DNA of 64,000 nucleotides, taken from NCBI RefSeq assembly GCF_018350175.1, contig NC_058368.1, positions 198,030,001-198,094,000 on the forward strand, written 5' to 3'. A program made the translations under genes and the position numbers. Of this stretch, positions 1-10,753 are shown in pieces (within the stretch, counting starts at the first letter, position 1; the number at the start of each line of letters is the position of its first letter). Below the pieces are notes generated by a model. The model was given only the letters and a program-made list of their open reading frames with translations, did no database searches and was not told the DNA's origin. Source of the DNA: Felis catus. Its lineage: Eukaryota.

Positions 1-2392
1 TGTCACGTGCACTTGAAAAAAGTGCATTCTGCTGTTTTAGGTTGGAATGTTCTGAATATATCTGTTAAATCCATCTGTTCCAGTGTGTCATTCAAAGCCA
101 CTATTTCCTTGTTGATTTTCTGCTTGGATGATCTGTCTCTTGATGTAAATGATGTGTTAAAGTCCCCTACTATTACTGTATTAGTATCGATGAGTTCCTT
201 TCTGTTTGTTACTCTTTTATGTGTTTGGGTTCTCCTATGTTGACTGCGTAAATATTTACAATTGTCATGTCTTTTTTTTGGATTGTCCCCTTTTATTTTT
301 TATTATCTAGTGTCCTTCTTTGTCTTTTGTTACAGCCTTTGTTTTAAAGTCAATTTTGTTTGATATAAGTATTGCTACCCTGGCTTTCTTTTGACTTCCA
401 TGTGCATGATACATTTCCCTCCATCCCCTCACTCTCAATCTGCAGGTGACTTCAGGTCCAAAGTGAGTCTCTTGTAGGCAGTATATAGGTGAGTCTTATT
501 TTTTTTTATCCACTTTGTCACCCTATGTCTTTTGATTGGAGTGTTTAGTCTACATTCAAAGTAATTATTAATAGATAAGTATTTATTGCCATTTTATTAT
601 TTGTTTTGTGGCTTTTTTTTTTTGTAGTTTTTCTCTGATCCTTTCTTCTCTTGCTCTCCTTCAAGGTTTGTTGACTTCCTTTAGTGACATGCTTGGATTC
701 CTTTCTGTATTCTTTGCATATCTATTACTGGTTTTTGATTTGTGGTTACCATTAGGTTTGTGTATAACATCTTATGCCTATAGCAGTGTATACGAAGTTG
801 ATGGTTGCTTAAGTTTGAACCCATTCTTTACTGCTCTTCCCTCTTACACTGTTTTATTTTGCGAATCTCTTGACTAATTTTTACAGATATACTTAATTTT
901 GCTGCTTTTGTGTCTCTTTCTTTTCATACTCTCACTTATCATCTTTCCTTTCCATTCCAAGAATCCCCTTTAATATTTCTTGTAGGGCTAATTTAGTGGT
1001 CATGAACTCCTTTAGTTTTTGTTTGTCTGAGAAACTTCGCATCTTTCCTTCTACTCTGAATGATAGCCTTTCTGGATAGAGTATTCTTGGCTGCAGTTTT
1101 TTCCCTTTCAGCATTTTGAGTAGATTATGCCACATCCTTCCGGCTTGCAATGTTTCTGCTGAAAAATTCGTTGATAGTCTTACAGTTTCCCTTGTATTAA
1201 CTGCTTTCTTTCTCTTACCACTTTTCATTTTTTTTCCTTTATCACTGCTTTTTGCCATTTTAGTTACCAAGTGTCTTGGTATGGACCTGCTTGGATTGAT
1301 TTTGTTAGGGGATCTCTGTGCCTCTTTGATCTGGATATCTGTCTCCTTCCCTAGATTAGGCAAATTATCAGCTATTATTTTTTCCAATAAAATTTCTGCC
1401 ACCTTTTCTCTCTCTTCTTCTGGGATCCCTCTAAAGTGAATGTTACTACACTTGAGAAAGTCATCGAGTTCTCTAAGTCTGTTCTCATTTTGCATAATTC
1501 TATTTTCTCTCACTTGCTCAGCTTGATTACTTTCCGCTCCTTTGTCTTCTAGGACATTAATTCATTCCTCTGCTTCCCTTAGCCTGCTATTCATTCCATC
1601 AAGTGTATTTTTAATTTCACATACTGTGTTCTTCATTTCGGATTGCTTCTTTTTTTAATCTCTGTGTAAAAGTCTCACCGATGTCCTCTACCCTTTCCTC
1701 AAGTCCAGTGAGTATCTTTATGATCATCACTTTAAATTCTCTACAGGCATATTACTTATCTCCATTTTGCTTGGGTCTCTTGTGATTTTTGTCCTGTTCT
1801 TCCATTTGGGACATATTCCTCTGTCTCCTCATTTTGCCTAATTCTCTGTGTCTCTTTCTGAGTGTTAGGAAAGTCAGCTACTTCTGTTTTTGAAAGTAGT
1901 GGGTGCCACTTTTACCAAGGTGGCGCTGGTCCTCTTCCACAGGGGATGGGCAGCTGCTGTGGGAACCGGGGCCAGCCAGGGCTGCTCCACAGTATGCTAG
2001 AGCTGAGCTCTCCCAGAGCCCAGTGCCGTTGATTTTTAAAGTTCCAGGCTTTAAGTCCCACTGGTTGGTAAAAGCTCACAAAATTCAGCACTTCTAACTT
2101 TCATAGCCCAGTGCTATGGAGATTCATCTTCCCTATGCAGGGGTGTGACAGTGTTTCTTGCCCCTCTCTGCACCCTGGTTCCCTCCCTCCTGTGGCCAGA
2201 CATGCAGGGTTAGCTCCCCACTGTTTCTGCCCTTTCTATCCCTTCAGTGTGGCCTCTTCTCTACATTTAATTGTGCAGTTGTCCTGCCAGTGTTTGGGTT
2301 CTTTTCTGGGTTATTTTGAGTGTTAGCTAGTTGTATTCATGGGATGAGGTGAGTTTAGGGTCCTCCTACTATGCCGTCTCTCCCAGAAGTCC
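1..2392 (-). mobile_element. LINE-1, 5' part (5'UTR, ORF1, start of ORF2), degenerate
   Basis: ORF 932-1513 translates to ORF1p (LQPRILYPERLSF, KQKLKEF); GC-richer 5'UTR ending at 2392. Confidence 0.92.
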
Positions 2393-2449
2393 CAATTTTA
2401 TGCCTTTTGATTGGAGATCAAAATCTATTTACATTTAAAGAAGCTTCTA

Positions 2450-2665
2450 GGGGCACCTGGGTGGCGCAGTCGGTTGGGCGTCCGACTTCAGCCAGGTCAC
2501 GATCTCGCGGTCCGTGGGTTCGAGCCCCGCGTCGGGCTCTGGGCTGATGGTTCAGAGCCTGGAGCCTGTTTCCGATTCTGTGTCTCCCTCTCTCTCTGCC
2601 CCTCCCCCGTTCATGCTCTGTCTCTCTCTGTCCCAAAAATAAATAAACGTTGAAAAAAAAAATTA
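2450..2665 (+). mobile_element. Young felid CAN-SINE (SINEC_Fc-type)
   Basis: tRNA-derived head, (CT)n, A-tail, TSD aaagaagcttcta. Confidence 0.95.
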
Positions 2666-2679
2666 AAGAAGCTTCTAAT

Positions 2680-3540
2680 AATGAAGAAATTATTAGTTAA
2701 ACGTGTTAGAGTTCTCTATGTCTCATAGGTCTTTTCTTCCTCATTTCCTTCCTTATTACGTTTTTTTTGTATGTATGTTTAGTTGATTTTTTTGTGGCGA
2801 CATATTTTAGTTCCTTTCTGATTTTCTATGTATATTCCACAGATATTTTCATTGTGGCTACTACGAGGATTACATATGACATTCTACAATTATAAATATG
2901 CTATTGGAGTTTAAAATTTTTAATCCCAAGTATTCAACCTACTTAAATATACTATTGTTATAACAATCTATTTCAAATGGATAACTACTTAACTTCAATT
3001 GCATAAAGTTTACTTCACGGCAGCTCTGCTCCCTCACTTTATTTTATGGATGTCACAATTATACCTTTCTTAGATAGTTTTTCAACTAACATACATTTAA
3101 AATTAATTTTAATGCTCTAGCCTTTTCAATCCTATACAAAGAATGAACAGTGGATGTACGGACCAAAATTAAAGTAATATGAGGTTTTATAATTGTCCAC
3201 GTATTCCAGTCAAGTTTTATGTTTCCTGGAGAACTTTTTCATATCATTTTGAGTTCTTGTCTGCTGGCCTTTCACTTCAAATTGAAAGTCTGTCTTTATC
3301 ACAGTTTGTTTGTTTGTTTGTTTGTTTGTTTGTTTGTTTTTTGGTAGGGTAGCTACCTAAAAGGTGATGAACACCTTCATCTTTTGTTTTTCTGGGAATG
3401 TCTCAATTTCTCCCTCATTTTCAAAGGACAATTTTGCCAGATACAGAATTCTTACTTAGCAGGGTTTTTTTTTTTTTCTTTCATACCTTAAATTTATCAT
3501 CCACTGTCTTCTGTCCTGCAAGCTTTCTGCTGAGAAGTCC
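2680..3540 (-). mobile_element. Older LINE-1 fragment (ORF1/inter-ORF-like), with a (GTTT)n repeat at 3304-3340
   Basis: Degenerate match to L1 ORF1 3' end at 3360-3540. Confidence 0.6.
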
Positions 3541-3884
3541 TGATCCTAATCCCTGCTGACAAATACAGAGAAGAAGGGAGCCATTGTATTCAGTATAAAC
3601 ATCTTGCCTGCAGCATCAGCTCTAAGACTCAGTTTGTTTTTGCCCCAAATACCCTGCACCAGAGAGCCTGATCTTCCACAGGCATTTTTGGTGGTGTCTA
3701 GGTGAATAAATAATTCAAAGAGCTGGTGTAAGCATAACTTTCACTTTACTATAATAAAGGAGTATTTTCTTTATTTGTGAGATGTGGGTCCTTCAATTAA
3801 ATTGGCACAAAACATTACTAGTCTCAAAGTTTTTTTCTTTCTTTTTGTTTACAAATTGGCACATTTAACTCTTACTCTTGGCAT

Positions 3885-4075
3885 TTTTTTAGTGTTTATT
3901 TATTTTTGGGAGAGTGAGAGAGAGAGTGAGCAGGGGCAGAGAGGGAGTGGGACAGAGGATCCAAAGCAGGCTCTGTGCTGACAGCAGCCCAGTGCGGGGC
4001 TTGAACTCAGGAACCATAAGATCATGACTTGAGCCGAAGTTGGACACTTAACTGATTGAGCCACTCAGGGTTCCC
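3885..4075 (-). mobile_element. CAN-SINE (older)
   Basis: Diverged consensus match. Confidence 0.85.
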
Positions 4076-4180
4076 TCAAAGTTTATTTCTAATTCCTGGG
4101 CTTTCTTAGTGCTAAATATAGCAGATATGATTAAGGTGGCAAATGTCTACCAAACACACAATTTAAGTGCAGGTAATTTA

Positions 4181-4823
4181 TTAATTAATTAATTAATTTA
4201 TTTATTTTTTCAATATGTGAAATTTATTGTCAAATTGGTTTCCATACAACACCCAGTGCTTATCCCAAAAGGTGCCCTCCTTAATACCCATCACCCACCC
4301 TCCCCTCCCTCCCACCCCCCATCAACCCTCAGTTTGTTCTCAGTTTTCAACAGTTTCTTATGCTTTGGCTCTCTCCCACTCTAACCTCTTTTTTTTTTTT
4401 TTTTTCCCTTCCCCTCCCCCATGGGTTTCTGTTAAGTTTCTCAAGATCCACATAAGAGTGAAACCATATGGTGTCTGTCTTTCTCTGTATGGCTTATTTC
4501 ACTTAGCATCACACTCTCCAGTTCCATCCACGTTGCTACAAAAGGCCATATTTCATTCTTTCTCATTGCCACATAGTATTCCATTGTGTATATAAACCAC
4601 AATTTCTTTATCCATTCATCAGTTGATGGACATTTAGGCTCTTTCCATAATCTGGCTATTGTTGAGAGTGCTGCTATAAACATTGGGGTACAAGTGCCCC
4701 TATGCATCAGCACTCCTGTATCCCTTGGGTAAATTCCTAGCAGTGCTATTGCTGGGTCATAGGGTAGGTCTATTTTTAATTTTCTGAGGAACCTCCACAC
4801 TGCTTTCCAGAGCGGCTGCACCA
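4181..4823 (-). mobile_element. Young 5'-truncated felid L1 (ORF2 C-terminus and 3'UTR)
   Basis: Intact ORF2 end (QPLWKAVWRFLRKLKIDLPYDPAI...); perfect flanking repeat caatttaagtgcaggtaattta at 4159-4180 and 4822-4843. Confidence 0.95.
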
Positions 4824-5189
4824 ATTTAAGTGCAGGTAATTTAAATGTTCTATCCCTATTCGTCACGAATATATGAAACAGATACTACACTTCTCGTATA
4901 AACAACATCATGGATCCAAACCTTATGATTGAATATTGAGTCACTCAGTAAGAGGTGGGATTTGTGCTCTGGTGTTTCAGCTGCCAAAACTCTTTCCATT
5001 GAGTCAGATTAAAGATTAGTTAATAAAGGAGAAAAAAAAATGAATAAATCTCTCCGTCTTCTTTACAAGCCTCCAGTGTCCCTCAAATATCTCTGAAGGA
5101 AATGACAAATTTTTCTCATATAGTTTAAGGCATTGTCTCATCCTGTTTCCACCTCATTTCCCAGATTTCTCTCTCTCCTGCTCCAAAAA

Positions 5190-5645
5190 CGTGAGTTCTG
5201 GAGACCTAATGCACAGGACAGTTAGTCTAGTCAATAATACTGTTTTATAAGCTTTAAAGCTGCTAGGAGACTAGATCTTAATTGTTCTCACTACAAGGAA
5301 GAAGAAAGAAAAGGAGGGGGAGAAGGAGGAGGAGGAAGAAAGAGGAGGGAGAAGGAGGAGGGAGAAGGAGGAGGGAGAAGGAGGAGGGAGAAGGAGGAGG
5401 GAGAAGGAGGAGGGAGAAGGAGGAGGAGGAGAAGGAGAAGAAGAAGAAGAAGAAGAAGAAGAAGAAGAAGAAGAAGAAAAGAAGGAGAAGGAGGAGAAGG
5501 AGAAGGAGAAGAAAGATATTTAAGTGATGATAGCTGTGTTAGCTAATACTGCATTAGTAATCATACTGCAATATGTTAATGTATCAAATCAACATGTTGC
5601 CTATCTTAAGTTTACACAATCCTATATGTCAATTATATCTCAGCT
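5190..5645 (+). mobile_element. L1MA-type 3'UTR fragment, interrupted by a purine tract
   Basis: Typical L1MA 3' motifs (agttctggagacctaatg...tgtcaattatatctca); absent from paralogous copies 2 and 3. Confidence 0.7.
5296..5514 (+). repeat. Polypurine (GAG/GAA)n tract
   Basis: About 220 nt of only A and G. Confidence 0.97.
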
Positions 5646-5939
5646 GTAAAAACATATTTGGATCCTGCCCTCTTGACAAGCAACCTCAAACCTGCCTGTC
5701 CTTGAAACTCATCTGGGAGCTTTTACAATGTACTAATGCCCAGGACTCATCTACTAACAATCAATTCACCATTTTGATTGCAGGAAAGGGTATTCATACT
5801 CTAGGAGTTTCCCAGGTAATTCTAATATGCCTGTAGTTTTTAAAAAATATTAAATTCTTAGGTCCCTAATTGTCTAATTATCATTCCCAAATTCTTCTTT
5901 TTTCCTGCTTGATCCTCTTAACCCTTTTTCAACTCACCT

Positions 5940-6290
5940 ACTTGGAAAGGTTTCACATATCTTCTCTATCTTAGGATCTATGACCCTTCCCCATACCTCT
6001 GGTACATTAGATCAAATTGTCCCCAAACCTCATGCTGAGGGAAGATCTATTGAGAAATAAGTATGAGGCATCTCTCAAGACCTACTTTACAGCCCTGAGG
6101 GAGGACAAGAATATCTCTGTGTCTTATTTGCCCTGGGCCATCAATCTTACCCCATCCATCTCCTCACCAGCAGACAAATAAGAGACTTAGCTGGAAGGGG
6201 AAGGCTGAGAAAGAAGGGTGAACAAGGTAGTCACAGTCTTCAGAGCTGTTGACATCACTCCCTATTATCTTTCCATGTCAGGTGGGTCAG
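5940..6290 (+). promoter_or_regulatory. Promoter and probable non-coding first exon of Kazal inhibitor copy 1
   Basis: Block conserved in four paralogous copies (5.9, 14.6, 31.4, 35.4 kb); AT-rich TATA-like element near 6176; donor cag|gtgggt at 6282 corresponds to cag|gtaggt at 14892 in copy 2. Confidence 0.55.
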
Positions 6291-6734
6291 GTGGGGGCTC
6301 TAGGGAGGTGGCCCTGTTGTGTCCCACTGCTGTGAGGATTGCCCCAGGTCAGTCTTTCCAGAGATAACCGTCCCTGTTTCCTGAGAAAAATAACCAAGAT
6401 TCAGCTTTGCAGTTTTAAAAAATGTAACCAGGCTTCTCTGGGCTGACTGCAACTTGGGAGAATAATCAGCCATTTTGCTAATGGTTATTTTTCTGGGCTC
6501 TCTTGTATATCTTTCAGGTAAAGGGCGGGAGGGTTCCGGTGATAAGACTTTATGTTTTATTGAATCATAAGGTTGTAGAAAGCTAAAAGGGAATAGTCAT
6601 CTAGGAGGTTGGGGCATTTCTTTTAGAAGTAAGAAACTTTTGAGAACTGGGTTCTGGCTTCTTTTGGTGTATCCAATTTAGCATGTATCAGTGTGATGAA
6701 CAGTTCTAAAGGTTTCTTCCACAGACTTGATACA

Positions 6735-6801
6735 ATGTCTCTCTTGTCGTCAAGAATCACAGCTTTCTTCATCATTGCCTTGGTATTTCCTTTTTATTCT
6801 G
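6735..6801 (+). CDS. SPINK-family Kazal inhibitor copy 1, signal-peptide exon (MSLLSSRITAFFIIALVFPFYS); donor is non-canonical (g|gggaat)
   Basis: Acceptor ttcttccacag at 6724, ATG 6735, hydrophobic leader similar to pig sperm-associated acrosin inhibitor as recalled; copy 2 has g|gtgagt at the same position. Confidence 0.7.
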
Positions 6802-7006
6802 GGGAATAAATTTTTATTCCTGGGTGAAAATGCAGGAATCAACTGTTATAATTTTTGGAAAAGCGGAACTGATTTTATGGAGTTTGGAATTCGTAAACCA
6901 GTAAAATGAGAGAGGCACACACATGATCCAAATGCCCTTTATTATTCTCATTTCCCACATTAGAGAAGTTGCAATGGAATGGCAGATCGGAATAGGCAGT
7001 AGTTTT

Positions 7007-7137
7007 GGGGCATCTAGGTAGCTCAATCGGGTGAGCATCCGACTTGGACTCAAGTCATGGCCTCACAGTTCATGAGTTCAAGCCTTGCATTGGGCTCTAT
7101 GCTGACAGCTCAGAGCCTGAAGCCTGTTTCGGATTCT

Positions 7138-7182
<45 letters not shown>

Positions 7183-7262
7183 CCTCCGCTGCTTGCACTC
7201 TGTCTCTGCCTCTCTCAAAAAAAAAAATAAACATTAAAAAAAATTTTTTTAATAAAAAAAAG
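7007..7262 (+). mobile_element. CAN-SINE
   Basis: Head, (CT)n, A-tail, TSD gaata(g/a)gcagtagtttt. Confidence 0.92.
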
Positions 7263-7544
7263 AATAAGCAGTAGTTTTTAGGTTTTTGTTCATCTGTAGC
7301 TCAAAAACTCCAGTGAAATCCTTTTTCATTTTTAGGCCCAGATTTCATGATGGTTAAGTGCAAAATGTGGGGAGAATGATGTCTTCTAGGGCTGACATTC
7401 CCTGACAATCTGATTTGTTGTTTGCCAGCTCTAAATCCGCTGACGTTAAGGTTTTGCATAGAAGAGATCTCATTGATTCTTTTTCTGACAACTTATCTAC
7501 CTATGAAGATCAAGGTTGTCCATGAATTTCAGAATAAGGTAGTT

Positions 7545-7782
7545 TTTTTTAAAATTTTTTAATTTTTTTAAAAATATTTTTTATGTTTCTTTATTTTTGA
7601 GAGAGAGAGAGAGAGAGCGTGAGCAAGGGAGGGGCAGAAACAGAGGGAGTCACAGAATCTGAAGAGGCTCCAGGCTCTGAGCTGTCAGCACAGAGCTTGA
7701 TGCAGAGTTTGAACCCATGGACTGTGAGATCATGACCTGAGCTGAAGTAGGACCCTCAGCCGACTGAGCCACCCAGGCACCT
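7545..7782 (-). mobile_element. CAN-SINE
   Basis: TSD cagaataaggtagtttt. Confidence 0.92.
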
Positions 7783-7974
7783 CCAGAATAAGGTAGTTTT
7801 GAGGTATCATTTGGAACACCCCCAAAAGGGCAAAGTACTGATTAATTTTTTTCCTATTTAAGTAATGCGTGCAGAGCATTTTCTTCCTTGACCCTAGGAT
7901 AGCTCATTTAAAATATTTTATAAAAAATAATAACTTCAAGCAAAGTATGAAGAGTTATTAAAAAATAGTATACA

Positions 7975-8210
7975 GGGGCGCCTGGGTGGCGCAGTCGGTT
8001 AAGCGTCCGACTTCAGCCAGGTCACGATCTCGCGGTCCAGGAGTTCGAGCCCCGCGTCAGGCCCTGGGCTGATGGCTCAGAGCCTGGAGCCTGTTTCCGA
8101 TTCTGTGTCTCCCTCTCTCTCTGCCCCTCCCCCGTTCATGCTCTGTCTCTCTCTGTCCCAAAAATAAATAAACGTTGAAAAAAAAAATTTTTTTTTTTTA
8201 AATAAAAAAA
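7975..8210 (+). mobile_element. Young felid CAN-SINE
   Basis: Near-consensus, CpGs retained, TSD aaaaaatagtataca. Confidence 0.95.
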
Positions 8211-8452
8211 AATAGTATACACACTGGTTTTCCACACAACTAGATGAATTTAGGAATTAAATTTTTAAAAGATTTGGCTCATTAAAAAATATTTTTTAAC
8301 TATTGCCACAAAATTCTAACTTATTAGATGCAATAAGTAGGCAATTTACATCAATCTCTGCTGCAAATAGATTTGGGTATTTCTCTCCAGAGACTATGTT
8401 TGTTTGTTTGTTTTCTTACTTTTTAACCTTTTCTTTTTTGCTTTGGTTGCAG

Positions 8453-8490
8453 GAAATGCCTTTATAAAATCAATCGCTTTCAAGTCTTCG
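8453..8490 (+). CDS. Kazal inhibitor copy 1, 38-nt mini-exon (GNAFIKSIAFKSS)
   Basis: Long pyrimidine tract plus ttgcag acceptor, cg|gtaagt donor, phase 1 to 0 as in SPINK genes; 38-nt paralogue at 16460-16497. Confidence 0.8.
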
Positions 8491-9482
8491 GTAAGTTATT
8501 ACTGATTGATTTGGAAGTAAAAAAAATAAATAAATAAAATTTTAACCTTATTTTATTGAAAACTTTAACACAAAATTTACCAAATATACAATAGAATGAG
8601 ACTTCAGAAGTAAAAATATATATATATTTTTTTATTATACCAAGTTCAAGAAATAGAATCTAGCCAGCGATATAAAACCATTTGCCATAATCTACATTAT
8701 TATGTAAGATGGTAAAACACGTATCCTGTACCCCAAGATCCTATTCATTGCCATTAAGATACTGTTGTGCACAAGAATATGAGAAAGAGAAAAGCATATT
8801 AGAGTAGAATTATTCATCCTCATAAAACAAATTTAAAAAAATGATCCACCAAATGATTAATTTAATGTTAAAAAATAAAGACTTCATCCATTTTCATGGT
8901 GGAATGTTACATAGAGATGAAAATAGGTGAACAATGATATCACTATATTTAAGATCACAGAGGAGTGTAAGAAACAAGTCATATAAGAATATATACGGTA
9001 TTCTTTTCTTTGTATAAATTACTAAGATATCCTAAACTAAACATGTTTATGAATACATAAATATGAAATGTATAAATATTTATATTTAGTAAATGTATAT
9101 GTTGATATGGAGTGAAATTACAGTGTAATGTGGAAATAATGAACAGAAAAGTCATTTTGGTGATTTCCTCTGGTAAGGAGGGGTGAAGGAGATATGATCT
9201 GCAGGGGAAGGTCATGAGTGTGGGTTTAGATTTGCTACATTATAAAAATACTTATGCCAATAACTTGGCCTTTTTCTTAGTAGAGGACTTAGATATTTTT
9301 AAAAAGTGGTAATTTTAAAAATATTTTTACTGAGTTGTACATACACAGATATTTGTCTTTGTTCCCCTAACCTATATATTGATTTTATTTACCCTATTTT
9401 GTATGTATGGCATTTCACATAAAAATGCATTTTATTCAATGTTTGTTATCCAATAAGCTTATGTTGTTTTTCTGTTTCACAG

Positions 9483-9598
9483 TCATTCTGTGCAGTGTAT
9501 GATAATCCTGCGCAAATTTGCACCAAAGAATATCGTCCGGTCTGTGCAACCAATGGCCAAACTCTTTGCAACAAATGTGTTTTCTGCCTTGCCAAAAA
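9483..9598 (+). CDS. Kazal inhibitor copy 1, domain exon (SFCAVYDNPAQICTKEYRPVCATNGQTLCNKCVFCLAK)
   Basis: tttcacag acceptor, aa|gtaaga donor; Kazal signature C-x7-C-x-x-[DN]G-x-T-x-x-N-x-C-x-x-C; P1 residue Lys (CTK-EY). Confidence 0.9.
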
Positions 9599-9769
9599 GT
9601 AAGACCAAAGTAGTAAATATATGCTTTCTAAGGAATAAAAAACTAATTACAAAATCTTACTATATCCATGTTGCTGATACTCTGAACAAAGAATACACAG
9701 AAAATAACTCATATTTCTGTAAAAGGCAAGGGAACACACTTGTGTCTTTCCTTGAAATTCTCATTTCTT

Positions 9770-10012
9770 CTTTTTTAAGTTTTAATTTTTTATCTTGAGA
9801 AGGAGAGGGAGAGAGAGAGAGAGAGAGTGTGGATGCGTGTGTGCACCTGAGCGAAGGAGGGGACGAGAGGGAGGGAGAGAGAGAGAATCCCAAGCAGGCT
9901 ATGTACTGTCACTGCAGAGTCTGACACGGGGCTGGATCTCACCAACCTTAGATCATGACCTGAGCAGAAATCAAGAGTCAGATGCTTAACTGACTGAGCC
10001 ACGTGGGCACCC
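9770..10012 (-). mobile_element. CAN-SINE
   Basis: TSD tgaaattctcatttct. Confidence 0.9.
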
Positions 10013-10713
10013 TGAAATTCTCATTTCTAGAAGTCATTTTCTGTTTGAGCTCTCAGACCGTGGTCATGCTGGGTGTTCTGCAAGCATATAAAGCAATTAA
10101 TTTATTATTAATGACAGATTTGCAACAACTATGACATAATTCCGAAGCTCTGATGTTTATCAGTAGATCTCTATTATATTCTAAAATCCATCAAATGAGC
10201 CCATGCTGGAAAGAAACTCCTCTGATAGTCAATTTTGTCCCTTGAACGTCATGAGAACTTTTCAAACCTTCCTCAGACTGTAGGGCATTCTAGGACACTT
10301 GCACCAAAACTTCCTTCCCTTTCTCCTTTACTCTGAAGGAATTTGTGGTCTAATGGCTCTGCCAGGCTTTCCAGCCTTGTGCACATTTTTTTTTTTTTCC
10401 CTCAGAGATATTTCTTCTTCTAAAACTTTGCCTTTGCAATTCCAATGGCCATCTGTTTCTAAAGAACCACTCTCACAATCCCTATTCCTTTTCTTTCTCA
10501 GTCAAGAGTAGGTTCCCAGCCTGAGGGCAGGGCTGGGCAAGTGAAGAGTCAATATCCTCACTGCAAAGACCTGCAGGCTTGGGAGTAGGTGGGACCCAGC
10601 AGTTTCTAGAAGTGGAGAATGATATCTCCCTGGAGTCCACGCTCCAGACTTCATGAAGAAGCACTTTGTGCATTTCTTTTAATAATTTCTTTTTTCTTTC
10701 TCTTTCTACAAAG

Positions 10714-10753
10714 TGGTGACAAAATTAAATTGGCTCATTATGGTGAATGCTGA
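10714..10753 (+). CDS. Kazal inhibitor copy 1, last coding exon (NGDKIKLAHYGEC*)
   Basis: Pyrimidine tract plus tacaaag acceptor; HYGEC* is a typical Kazal C-terminus; frame joins the previous exon (AA+T). ATTAAA at 11088-11093 is conserved in copy 2 (19530-19535). Confidence 0.82.

Noticed and set aside
2450..2540. tRNA-like A/B boxes (here and in all SINE heads)
   Set aside because: tRNA-derived SINE heads, not tRNA genes.
5282..5527. 81-aa Arg/Lys/Glu-rich ORF, superficially protamine-like
   Set aside because: Translation of a purine microsatellite inside an L1 fragment.
9490..9798. 102-aa ORF overlapping the Kazal exon
   Set aside because: Wrong frame; the Kazal reading is in another frame and is bounded by splice sites.
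6735..10753. Assigning a specific symbol (SPINK6/7/9/13/14 or the carnivore double-headed inhibitor)
   Set aside because: Does not match those proteins as I recall them and has a single domain; orthology needs a phylogeny.
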